Shown in pieces: positions 52,597 through 64,000 of a stretch of 64,000 nucleotides of DNA. Origin of the DNA: Callorhinchus milii (lineage: Eukaryota); contig NW_024704743.1 in assembly GCF_018977255.1 (NCBI RefSeq), positions 31,560,001 through 31,624,000 of the forward strand, in the 5' to 3' direction. How positions within the stretch are numbered: the stretch's first letter is position 1; every line of letters begins with the position of its first letter. The position numbers were made by a program, and so were the translations under genes. Below the pieces are notes generated by a model. It ran no database searches, was not told where the DNA came from, and saw nothing but the letters and a program-made list of their open reading frames with translations.

Positions 52597-55500
52597 TTTG
52601 TTTAGCTTTATTTATGATTTCGGCTACTGGACTTCAAAAACTAGAATGAAAGAACAGTGACAATGACCTACAAGATTTGTGAGACTTACCACAACAAATA
52701 ATTCACCATTTCCTTTGCTACTGCCACCAAACACTAGTCCAGAACTATCAACAACAACAAATTACATTTGTATAGCGCCTTTCACGTCGGGAGGACGTCC
52801 CAAGTCACTGGACAGTCAGGGATATAGTCAGCTTTTTTACTTGGCTCGATATTTTGTGAATATGCTTAAACAGCATTCAGATTTTAGGAAAGACTGGACT
52901 ATTACAATCCTCTGGATAACCATGTTGCAGAGTTAAGTGGAAGTTTTCATTTAAATGCATGCATACTGAACTGTGTTGTTTGTCTATCAGCATTTTGCAA
53001 TACAAGTTACACTGATAAGCCCACCTTCTACCGGAAATAATGATCTGTTTATGAACTCAAAACAAATCCAGATCAGTTCCTCTCAAGTACACGATGTGCT
53101 ACAGTACTCTCTTCCCACAAAGCCAGTACTAAAATAGACCCAAATAAACAAGATTGTTTTCAATCAGTCCGAACAAACTTAATCATTCCTTTCAATCACT
53201 GCAGTGCTGGATATTGCTGGAAGATTGCAGTAGACATTTTTTTCAATGCAGTGTCACCACTAAAAGTAATACAATTAGCATTTTTTTTAAATATTGAAGG
53301 ATAGGACTCCATATATTCGAAATTTCATATCAATCAATGAATGAATTATCGATTTGCAAAGCATTGTTTACAATGAAAATTGATTAAATTTGGCAAATTA
53401 CTGAGGAAGTTACATGTGTGAAAATATTTTGCAAAGCGTAATATGTCTAAACAAAAACTCGATTGCTGCAAGACGGGGTTTGGAAAGTAATGGTGAGGAG
53501 ATATCAAAGAAGCTATTAAAACGCCCCTAATGGGAATTTGGATGACATGCAGAGAAACCCCAACATTTCCTGATTGCTGGATCGATGTGCTGTGTGTGAG
53601 GCGAGGCTCAGTAAGGCTCAAGCAATCTCCTGAGCTGCCCCTGTGAGGAGTCAGCACACACTGAACCGACTGTGCTGTCGGTTCCCAGTTAGGAATCGAT
53701 TTTTGCATTATTTGAGTCTCTTCATCTGACCGCTTCCCATCCTGCAAAACAAACCGATTTGTTCAAAATGCCCCTGGCCGAGTAAACAAAAGCTCACGTA
53801 TTTCTCCTGTTGCAAAAGTTGGGTTAAAAGCAGTCCTGCGGTCTGTTACATGATGTGCTAACTGCGAAAGTCCCATCGGGTCCATGAAATCGCTGATCCA
53901 AATAGCAAAGGAGCAGCAATAAAGACGAGCAGCACTCACATGTGCTAAATGCTGGATTATTGCATTGAAACTCTTTAGAATAAAATCCTCCCCAAAAACC
54001 CTGATTTTGCTAATTGTTCTGATTGTGAAAGATACGGATGAAGTATGTTATTCAAACCGTGTCTTTAGTGCAGTATATATTTGGTGTAGCTCTTAAGGGT
54101 TACCTTATTGCCCATAGAAAATACAATGACTTGTGCAAAAGCACACTTGTCATTTGAATTAATACTGAATCATGTTTTAGCGTTTTAGCTCCACAAAGTC
54201 ACCCTCCTAAACCGCCTAAATCTTTCTGTATTTTTGCTTCGAGCAGCAGCCAAACGGCACAAGTTCTGCGGAGAGCCAAACACATCCACCGAAGTCGATT
54301 AAAGTTAAAAGGAATGGAAACGAGGAAGAGAAAGAAGCCTCGAAGAAAGGTTGGATCGACTTCTGATCACATTTTGGGAACCAAATATTTTATCTGCATG
54401 CGTTTTCAATACTGCAACGGTACCAATATGTTTTCTAGCCGTTGCAAAAATATATAATTTGAGCAGTGTTTCAATAAAACTACTAAAACTACTAACGCGT
54501 AAATGCAATCAGAATTCAAAGCTTTATTTTTGTATGAGAAAACCTACCGTCTCTTCTGACAGTAGGTTTACAAATTCAGCATTCAAATGCTGCAAATGCA
54601 GTCGATACTGAATTCTCTTTTTATATAAAAAAAAGAAGTCGCTTTTAAATTCATGAAATACTGAGAGATGCATTTTTCTTTTGCTCTCGGTGGGCAAAGT
54701 AAAAATCGCAGCTTCGGATTTATTGTATATATCAGAATAAATGCATTTGGGATATATATATAGAGAGAGAGAGAGAGTGAGGGGAACTTAACCACGTTAA
54801 AAAAAAAACATTCTGATCTCGAGAAACGATGCAGAAGGGACCACTGCGATGGGAATCTTTTCCTTAAGTCTCAGCGACTAATCTTCACACGTACAGTATT
54901 TCTCCTCTTCTAAATCTAAGCTGTTGGGCTGGTCGTTGAAACTTTTTTTTTTCTAAAACAAAAAGCGTTATCCATTCAGTGACTCTTGTGGGTTAGACAG
55001 ACAGCAACCGTGTGTGGCAGTTTGCATATATACAGTATTATTAACTAACATTTCCATCTGTGGTCGCTTCTGCACCTCTAGAGGGCGAGATTGAATGCAA
55101 AATCCTTCACTGTTGCACTCAATCCCGTCCTCCGTTATTCTGAACCCATCCTCTCCCAATCCTTCCCAAATGTTGAGTTTGGTACGGGTTCCCCCCTATC
55201 AGATCTGCCCCAACGGAGCATTTAAAATTCATAAATCACAAGCGCATCTATAATTGTTTTTTCTGTAGGCGTGTAAAAACATTTACTGCTGAATACATCC
55301 AGATGTCTGTGGACAAAGAAAAACAAAGCCACTTCGCCACAGAAGTCAAACTGCCATCGTTAAGAATGGGGATAATAGCGTTTAAGACTACTTAATGATT
55401 TAAGAGATTAAAAACAGCTATTTCCCCCCCCCAACCCCCCCTCCCCACCCCCCCAAAAAAAAATCGCTCTTGCCATCTGTCTAATTTTCTTTCTGTCAAA

Positions 55501-57984
55501 TTATTTCCAAGGCCTCACTTCCCTACGGGTTGTGGATTATTATATTGCACCTGGATTTCTTTCAGCAGAGCACGGAATTAGCGAGTGCCTTGGATCCCAC
55601 AGTGACTGGATGGTACCTTTGACCATTTGGCAGTGGGACAGGACTACATGGATCCCCTGCCCCCACATACACACATTCCAGTGTGTGACTGAGGCCAGAC
55701 TCCCCATCAGTTATGTAACCCATTGCCCAATTAACAGAATAACACAAAACTATCACACACATCCATCCCCACCCCCCCACCCCTCCACAAAAAAAAACTA
55801 CTGTCCCCTCATCTGTACCCCAGACTAGTCAGAGGATCCTCAAGTGTGCATCCCAGCCACAGCAGTGCCTCAACTCAAAACACGAGAGCTAAAACGATAA
55901 ATTTATGGCATGCTGTTCGGGGTTGGTTTTTTGTAAAAAAAAATAACACAATACGAGAATATGTTAATGGAGATTGTTAGAAATTGATCTCTTTTTTTTG
56001 AAAAAAAAAAGTGATTTCGCTGTGCAAACCCGATTTCGGAGACCTAATCAGATGGCAGAGCTAATCCAACCTTCGCGAAGAGTTATTAAATTAGGTTCGA
56101 ATGACTCGGTGAAGCCCATCTACAGAACAAACATTGCCCCCAACCCCCAAATCCCCAGTATCACGTCGGGCTGCTGTCCAAATCACATCATCCCACATTA
56201 ATCAAACACATCCTGTGCAACTCCGTTTAGCAGCACAGGCGCTGGTAGTGCTGTCTCACACACTTGTCTGATCTCATGCCATCCCCTGGATCGTGATGCC
56301 ATTCCCCGGACATCACACGGAGAAGCCCAACCTTCGGCGTCTAAGCGCACTGTGAAGCCCACGGGAACCGCGCACAGCCCTTCTGGAGCCCTGTGAACCC
56401 CAACTGCACAAGTCCCGACAACTGGGACTCATGAAGCACCTCTGACCTCTCCGGCAATCGCGATGAGGTCCAGCGACCGACGCCAAAGCGGATTTAGCAA
56501 TGCTCCAGACCAGTCAGTAAAGGAAGCGGGTGGCACTGCACTGACTGGACACCCCATAAACCAACCCACCCACCCAACTCCCAACTCAGCCCACGTTCAC
56601 CCCCAACATCTCGCCTCCAAATCCAATGACGCTTCAGTTCAGGCTAAAGCCACAGAGACTGATTGCGACTCCCACTTCTCTCTCTCTCTCTCCCCCTCCC
56701 CACCAGGTTGACCCGGGCTCGATCCTGAAGGAACGGCTTGAAATCACAGCCACAGGGCAACCCGTTCCCAGTCGGGCACAGCGAATCATCCCATCGGATA
56801 CCATCGCATTATTCCGCACTCGTGTCCAGTCACATCTGACCCACCAGAGAGGAAACCTGATCGCATCCCACCACCGCACTACATCAAACATCGTACTGGG
56901 GAGGCGAATAGCAGAGCCACACTTGCAATCCTCGTAAATAATTTGCTTTTACGACTTAACTTCCTGACGGCTTTTAAAATGCGTGTTGGGTCGTGTGAAA
57001 AAAAATTGGTTCGTGTAACGCGTGCATTTACTTATTTATGTTATTTATTTGTGTGTGTGTGTGTGTGTGTGCGTGTCCCAGATGTAGATAAAAAAATACC
57101 CTCGAGTCTTTCTGTTAAAAGTTTCCTGGTGTGGGTGGTTTGCATGAAATCCGATTTGTCTCGCAGGACCCAGAAGCTGCAGATTTATCCCCTCGGACCT
57201 GCAAATCCGAGAGAAATGATAAATTCCAGTATTAATATTTTTTATGACTCTGCAAATCGGGCACTTTATGGGAGAAACCGACCGATCTGAGAACGATGAT
57301 TTGTGCTTAAAACTCCGTTGTAGAATTCGAGTGCTTTAAGGGTGAGGTTTATTCGGAAATGTCGATGTTGGTTAAAGCTATGTATATATATATATATATA
57401 TTATATAACACGACTTTTTCCCGATTCAAAATAATTTCAACGTCCGATCGATGTAAGGATTGGTGGTAAGATCAGGTTTTTTTTTAAAAAAAAGAAAAAT
57501 ACGGGTAGCAATTAATAACAACTGTGATATGAAATAAGAGATCCTGAAAGCCTCTCTTAGTCGGCTGTTTTGTGCATAAATAATATTATCTGCAGGCGGG
57601 CAGCAGGCAGGGCTTTCTTGACCAGTCAATAAAAGGAATGTCTCACTTTCTCTGGTTTCAGTGTCCACACTCCCCCCACAAGGAAAGCCGCAAATGTATT
57701 GAGTTCGTCACCTCCTTTTAACACTCAAGTTTAAGTGTGTGTTTGTCCATTTCACTTTACAGGTTTGCCCTTCGCCCGACAGCAACACACGTCTCTCTCA
57801 GGGCTTCACACAGCCCCCAATGAAACCAAACCACACCATCTCCATTCGAGCAGCTAATGTCATGTTATCAGGGATTACTGTTGTGTGATAAACCTGGGGG
57901 GGGGGGGGGGAGAAGAAGGGGAGTGGGGGGGGGGGTTGCTTCACGTCAATTCCAAAAGAAAAATGCAGACGGAAACCTTGTAAA

Positions 57985-58817
57985 ACTGTACAAAAATCTT
58001 TTTTTAATAAAAAATATCTTATAATTACAATGATCTATTAAAGCATATACATTTTCACGTACACTCATAGAGAACATCTTGGAACTATTTACAGCAGGTA
58101 AGATCGACCACCCACCCCTCCTTATACTGTACTTCTATACATTATGCTGACATTTTAATGGGAGGGGGGGTAGGGGGGGCAAAACAACAACCCCCCTCTC
58201 CCCCCCCACCCCACACACACACACACCTTGGTCCAAACGATTCATCTATTTAAAACAGATGAGCAAACCTCTGGAACAATCTGCTGGATTAGTAAAGCCT
58301 CGGGAATCAGTTCTTTTTTTTTTAGTCGATAAAACTTTCTACTTGCTCTCCTAAAGATGGATTGATTCCGCTCATCTCTCCTCCTTCTCCTCTCAGATCA
58401 GTTGTCGAGCAGTAGTATGGGTCGAAGTCGGTCAATTTGGAGCCCTCCCCCCCCCCCCCCCCCCTCCTTCCCCACTCGAGCCTTTGTTTAGATCAATAGC
58501 TCAGGATTTGTTTTGATATTAGAAAATAAAAGTCTGCGGCTAATAGGCTATGAACAGCGAGAGAGGAGAGAGGAGACGTGGTTTGGCAGGAATCCGCTCT
58601 CAGGATGGAGTCCGTTGGACAGGTTTTTGGCATTGATCGTTGTAAGATTGGAGCTGTCTTTTTTTCTCTCTCTCTCTCTGCTTCTTTTCCCCTCTCACTC
58701 ACTCACTCACTCTCTCTCTCATTCTCTCTCTCTCTCTCTTTCTTTTTCTTTCTCTCGCTCTCTCGCCCTCTCGTTCTGGTCTGTGCTCGTGCGCGCGGTT
58801 CGTCGGGCACAACCTAC
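57985..58817 (-). other. id4: Probable non-coding last exon (3' UTR) of id4
   Basis: A long pyrimidine tract ends in cacacAG at 58819-58818. Downstream are blocks resembling the recalled mammalian ID4 3' UTR (GCTTTACTAATC, TTTAAATAGATGA, TATATGCTTTAATAGAT..TGTAATTATAAGATATTTT) and ATTAAA at 58008-58003. ID genes typically have a 3'-UTR intron. Confidence 0.6.
58003..58008 (-). terminator. Proximal polyadenylation signal ATTAAA of id4
   Basis: tttaat on the plus strand, at the end of the conserved UTR block and followed (minus strand) by U-rich sequence. A distal AATAAA candidate lies at 57353-57348. Confidence 0.55.
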
Positions 58818-58945
58818 CTGTGTGAGAGAGAGAAAAAAAATGGGGAGAGGAGAGAGAGAGAGGGAGGGAGGGAGAGAGGGAGGGAATGGAGGGAGGGAGA
58901 GAGGGGAGGGGGGGGGAAGAGGGAGGTAGAGGAAGAGAAGGGGTG
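58655..58945. repeat. (CT)n, (CACT)n and (GA/GGGA)n purine-pyrimidine tracts
   Basis: Directly visible. Confidence 0.85.
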
Positions 58946-58969
58946 AGTGGTGTGTGAAACACTGAGCTC

Positions 58970-58986
58970 CAGACTGACTGGCGCCA
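58970..58986 (-). promoter_or_regulatory. BMP-responsive element (Smad1/5 GGCGCC, 5-nt spacer, Smad4 GTCTG)
   Basis: The minus strand reads TGGCGCC-AGTCA-GTCTG, an exact match to GRCGNC(N5)GTCTG. ID genes are canonical BMP targets. Confidence 0.7.
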
Positions 58987-59353
58987 CCAACACAACACAA
59001 GACATGCTTGATCAGCAAACCCCAAACAAACCCGGGGTCACACAGCACTGCGGCTCTCGAGCCACCAGTGCAAACTTCAAACGGGGTGACAGCTGCACGC
59101 ACTCACTCACTCACTCACTCACTCATCCGCAACACTCGGTGCAGTTAAAACAAACAAGAGAGGGAGGGGGAGATGGGAGAGGGGTAAAAAGTTTACTTGG
59201 GTGTTTTTTTTTGGGGGGGGGGGAACGTTACCGCAGCGATATTAAAAGCGAAACTGAAAATTGTTAGGAGATGAGGGGGTGGGGGTGGGTGGGGGGAAGG
59301 GGGGGGGTAGGAAGGAAAGGCGCCTCACCTCACCTCACACAGCGTTAGTCACC

Positions 59354-59401
59354 TCAACGGCACAGGACGCTGTCCTCTTGCCTTTTGACTTTGGAGCCAG
59401 C
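59354..59401 (-). CDS. id4: ID4 coding exon 2 (AGSKVKRQEDSVLCR*)
   Basis: Acceptor ctgtgtttgcAG|GCT (AG at 59403-59402), phase 0. The peptide matches the ID4 C-terminus (human AGAVNKQGDSILCR). Stop TGA at 59356-59354. Confidence 0.92.
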   Translation of the reverse strand, partial: AGSKVKRQEDSVLCR

Positions 59402-60625
59402 CTGCAAACACAGCCAGCAAAAGCCAAGCTCAGTACCTCTCCCACTCTCACTCACTCTCTCTCTCTCTCTCTCCCACTCTCCCATGTTAATTCCACGGCT
59501 GACATATGCCACATATTGCATTGCAGTCGCGACTGTGTTTTGTTTGAACATGTAGAACAGAATTCTCTTGGCAGCACCTCTCGTTTTTATCAGTTCGATG
59601 TGTGTGTGTGTGTGTGTGTGTAATGCAAAGCATCTGAGTGTGTGTGTGTGTGTCTATGGTGTGTGTGTGTGTGGGGGGGGGGAGGGAAGCACAGATGCGA
59701 TTTAAGATGATACCCATCACTCGTCCGAGCACACAAGTCATCAAATACATCCATTGCCTCTCCTAATTGGAATCGAAATGGCACCAACACGAGACGTGCG
59801 CCCACACATCGCACTGCTTCTCCCAGTCCAGTACAGTGCCATCATCATTCACCCCCAAAAACAGCAAATTGAAAACGTCCCGAAAAAGGGGGGCAACGAA
59901 ACGACACGATTTGGGCTGTCGACGTCTTTTAATTTAAAAAAAATACCAAGATGCCACTGCCAAAGCTTCGCGTGAGAGGGAGGGAAAAAAAATGATAATC
60001 CAGATTCATCAAAATAAAGAAGATTTTTTTTTTGGAAAAAAAAAGGGTAGAAATGCTGGATGTCAATTCTGTACGTCGTGCGGAATCTTGAAAATACCGA
60101 CAGGCGAACGTGGCTGAATTGCACTTGAATGAAACATGTCATCCGCACATAGTGTGTGCGGTGTGCGAGTGAGTGAGTGTGTGTGTGTGTGTGTGTCTAT
60201 CACATGCCCTGTACCCCACTGCAGCAGTCACCACTGGTGTTGTAGAGAAGACAATAGGACCTGATGAGTGCGATTCTTCCCCCAGTGTCGGGGAAGGGCG
60301 AAACATTACACGGAGGAAACGCTGAGATCTTTTTGTGTGTGTGTGTGTGTGTGTGTGAGTGCACCGCTGCACAAACCGTTGCCACCGCAATTAAAACTCC
60401 GGGCGTATGCAAAACAAAATACGGTCGATGCGCTCATTCTTTTTTTGCGTTTTTTTTAAAAAAAAGCAAAGCAGAATTTTAAATTGTGCATTCAGCCTAA
60501 TGTTAACGGGGGAGTGTGTGTGTGTGTGGTGGGGGGGGGGGGTGTTTAGCAGCGAGGGAAGTTTAGCATGGTGCTCGAGGTGTGTGTGTGTGTGTGGGGG
60601 GGGGGGGGGATCTTGTTTGATTTAC

Positions 60626-60973
60626 CTGCTCGGTGTTGAGGGCTGTCAGAGGGGTGCGGGGAGCCGATGGGCAGCTCGCAGGCTGTGGTCTCATCAGCGC
60701 CGGGTGCGTTTCCAGCGCCAGCTGCAGATCCAGGATGTAGTCGATCACATGCTGCAGGATCTCCACTTTGCTCACCTTCTTATTCTGGGGGATCGTGGGG
60801 ACCAGCTCCTTGAGCTTGGAGTAGCAATCCTTCATGTCGTACTGCAGGTTCATGGTCTCCTCTTCCATCTTACAGCGAGCGATGCTGAGACTGTGCTCTG
60901 ACAGGCAGCGTAATGCCATCTCGCCGCAGCCCGGTCCTTTCTTGAGCGAAGGTACAGAACCGACTGCTTTCAT
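60626..60973 (-). CDS. id4: Inhibitor of DNA binding 4 (HLH protein without a basic region), coding exon 1, 116 codons
   Basis: ORF MKAVG...[11 protein letters not shown]...[48 protein letters not shown]...[11 protein letters not shown]. It has an ID-family HLH, the ID4-type motifs GE(L/M)ALRCL and LALETHPAL, and a D-box (RTPLTALN). It ends at a phase-0 donor CAG|GTAAAT (GT at 60625-60624). No upstream ATG lies between the TATA box and the start codon. Confidence 0.95.
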
Positions 60974-61244
60974 TGCGCCACTCTAATGCAAAGATTTCCC
61001 CTTTTCTGAGAAAATTGCAGACGGCGACTGCAAGTGTTAGCCAAACGCCTTTTGTCTCGCAATCACAACTGACCGAAACAAAATGCACACCGTTACAAAA
61101 GAGTCTAATCTAAACCTGTCTCTGCTTCTCTTTACAGACAGATAGACAGATCAGACAGATAGATAGAAATTTCTCTTCTTTTCTCCCCACCGCCCCCCAA
61201 TTTTTTTTTAAATTCCTGGACTTTCTTCCAGAGGTGCAAATTTC

Positions 61245-61400
61245 ACACTGAACTAAGTGTGGAGATTGCCACGATTTATAACAGCAGGGGCGGAGTGGGG
61301 GGGGGGGGGTGGAGGGCCAGATTGACAGCTCGGTGGCTAATGGCGAATCGCCTGCTGCAAATTGCTGGGCTTTGGGAAATGTCAGTCGTATCCAATGGCG
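61245..61400 (-). promoter_or_regulatory. id4 core promoter: TATA box, GC box, CCAAT box, Inr-like start
   Basis: TATAAA at 61280-61275 (minus strand); GGGGCGGAGT at 61287-61296; CCAAT at 61392-61396; Inr-like TTAGTTCAGT at about 61256-61247, 25-30 nt downstream of the TATA box. Confidence 0.7.
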
Positions 61401-64000
61401 CAGCTCGTCTCGCCGGGCGGCCCCCAGCGACTGTGGTTGGTCCAGGTGGGGGCTGGACTCACAGGAAGTACAAGTGTCAGCTAGGATGTGGGAATTGCAG
61501 CTGCAGAGGGGAAAGAACAGGGAGGAGGGGGTGGGAGAGGGGAGAGGGGAGAGGGGGGGGGGAATTCTTTACAAATCTGCTAATTGATCACATTGTAGCG
61601 CAGGAAACCGCGAGCTGACCTCCCGCCACTGAGAGACGCTTTTTGCCTTGTTCACTGCGGGATGACACCTTTAAGGCTGGAGTGTGTGTATGTGTGTGTG
61701 TGTGTGTGAGGGTGGGGGGGACGGGACATCAGTGGCTCAGACCCTTGCACAGTCCTTTTCAAATAAAAACACAGCACAGGCAATTCCCGTACACCCCCCA
61801 CCCCCACCACATACACACCACACACAGCATCAGAGCCTGTGCGCTATGAACAAATCCAAATGGGGAGACCAGATTATTTCCCCACTTGGAATTCAACATT
61901 GCTGCAAAACTAAATCCTTATTTATTGCCAATGTGCAAAGGATATGTGTAGTTTCTGGTGAATGATACTGCAATTGTAGGCACCGGACAGACAGACAGAC
62001 AGACCGACCGACCGACAGACGGACGTTGGCTCGTTTCAGTCACTGTCGCGGAGGATTTGCTTTCTTTTCTGTTCCTTAACTTGTTGGATTATTTTATTTA
62101 TTTCCGGGCGTTTGTACGCGATGCTTTCTTATTCGGGACCGTAACGCCATCGATGCATAACCACAGCGCCAATTAAAACATTTGGCGATCTTACATCCGT
62201 CAATGTAAACGCAAAAAAATACATCAGCACCGAGTTTTATTTCTCGCCTCCAGAAGCACATCATTCGTTCGGACTTTGCACAGAACAGCACTGATATTGA
62301 CCAACCCTTTCCCTTCCATGTGCACAAACGCTGTGTAACAAAAGCCTCGTTAATTTCAGCGATGTTTTTGTTCCTTTCGGGTTTGCTGTGCCACATGGTG
62401 CGCAGACAATGCAACACAATATATAACATTATTGTTTTTTCCCGTCCGCTATTCCTCGTAAAACCGTACCGAGCCGCCTGTGCGTAAATGGTGAAAGCGA
62501 TAACCCGCTGTGCTCAATTACGTTTGCATGTAATCCGGAATAAAGAAAGACCTCACACACCAGTGCTACAGACCCCGAGTTAACTGCGCTTTCGAGATGG
62601 ATTTTACCTCATTCACCGTTATCACATTCAGCAAAAGACTAACTAAAAAAAAAGACTGCATTTTACAGAAATGATAATTTCTCTCTCTCTCTCCCTGTAT
62701 GTGTGTGTGAATATGATGCTGGTCACCCGACTTCATGTTATTTGGATGAAAATGACTCGAGCATTTTTAAAGGTAATTGCTAAGTATATCTGTAGGCTGG
62801 CGGATAGTTCAACTCTGTTCTGTGCCACTCTTTCTGTATAGGCAGTACATAAAAATGTGCAAGTGTTTTACGGTTTTTGTTTGTGTGTCCGCGTGTGTTG
62901 GTGTATATATATATATTTGTGTTTCTACTGTATATACAAAATGTGTGTGTGTGTGTGTGTACTTGTGTTTATGTTAATGCAATATGTTTGTGTTCCATTT
63001 CCAATGAATAGTGTCATTAGCTATTGGAAACGTTCATTCAGTGATGGCGAGTGGACACACATAAACAGTACCAAGACCAAAATGATAATATTAATTCACA
63101 TAATAATAGATACCTGAGATTCATGGGCAGACAGTAATCTCATCTCAGGTTTCAATTGATAATAAACCACAAAAGGCAAACGCAGAACAATTTATTACAG
63201 TCGGTGAGAATTTAAGATGCGACAAAATTCTTCAAATCATTCCGCAGTACCTATTATTTGCAGCATTAATAGTGCTGAATAGATACTCTATATTGCAGAA
63301 TTAGTTTAATTTATATAGCGTGTGTTTTTCCAACAGTGGTTCTCAGGTCGATGCTAACTTCTAGTATTCTGCGCATCACTGATAGATGATATTGTTTAAT
63401 CAGAAATGTTAATAATAATTATATCATTGTTCCAAGTTTCATTGAGAAATAATTTGCAGTCGGTGTTGTTGTTGGGGGAAATCTGCGGTCCAGTATATAA
63501 CACATGGTAGAATAATAGAATAATTTCAGTCGTCCCACAAAAGGTACTGGGTTCCTTTTTCACTTCTGGTCTAAAATAAAGCAATCAATTACTTCCTGAC
63601 AAACCTCTTAAAAATCAGTCCAAGTATCCATTATCTCTGATTGGTGTTCAAATCGCACCAGAATTAATTTCATATCAATAACAATATTTGATACCAATCT
63701 GTGTTTCTTCTGTTCTACGTATGAATACCGAATTCAATGTCACGTTGAAATGTCACATTGATTTCCTCCCATTGCACAGTTCGGATGTCACCTCTGCTTT
63801 TGCCCATTTTCTTTCTCTCCCTTTTTCTCCTCTCCTCTCCCGAAAGCACTGACACGAGTTCAGATGCAATTCCACTGGCATCATCCAGCGCTCTGATACC
63901 TTGCACAAGTGGCTTTTTTTAATATATATATATATGTGCGAATGTCCTGGACAGTCTCAGTGTACCATTCAATTAGGGGTTCAAGGGGAACATTGTCGCT

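Noticed and set aside
58493..60482. Cluster of overlapping low-complexity ORFs
   Set aside because: They arise from (CT)n, (GA)n and (CA)n repeats in id4 introns and UTR. Only 59354-59401 is coding.
60407..60901. 164-aa plus-strand ORF
   Set aside because: It is the antisense shadow of id4 exon 1 plus microsatellite sequence and has no recognisable domain.

Overview
Vertebrate genomic DNA, most likely from a cartilaginous fish. That assignment is an inference from the repeat repertoire (abundant L2 and CR1 LINE fragments, Deu-type and tRNA-Ala-headed SINEs with L2-like tails), which resembles what I recall for chimaeras and sharks. The only protein-coding gene I can support is id4 (inhibitor of DNA binding 4) on the minus strand. 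Its coding exons are 60973-60626 and 59401-59354 (131 aa). It has a TATA/GC-box promoter near 61280, a probable 3'-UTR intron carrying a perfect BMP/Smad element, and a conserved 3'-UTR/poly(A) block near 58000. Bases 1-52800 are the downstream gene desert: many SINE, L2 and CR1 fragments, older repeats, and a few repeat-free candidate enhancers. From about 52.8 kb to the end there are no young retroposons and CpG is retained. Nearly all other ORFs in the track are LINE remnants, shadow ORFs or noise. I cannot show a wholly new biological system. The best leads are a 238-bp local duplicate ending in an L2 tail, two SINE families sharing one L2-type tail, an unnamed three-copy repeat, a fold-back family, and the intronic Smad element. 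Repeat family names come from recalled consensus sequences, not from a search, and repeat boundaries are approximate.
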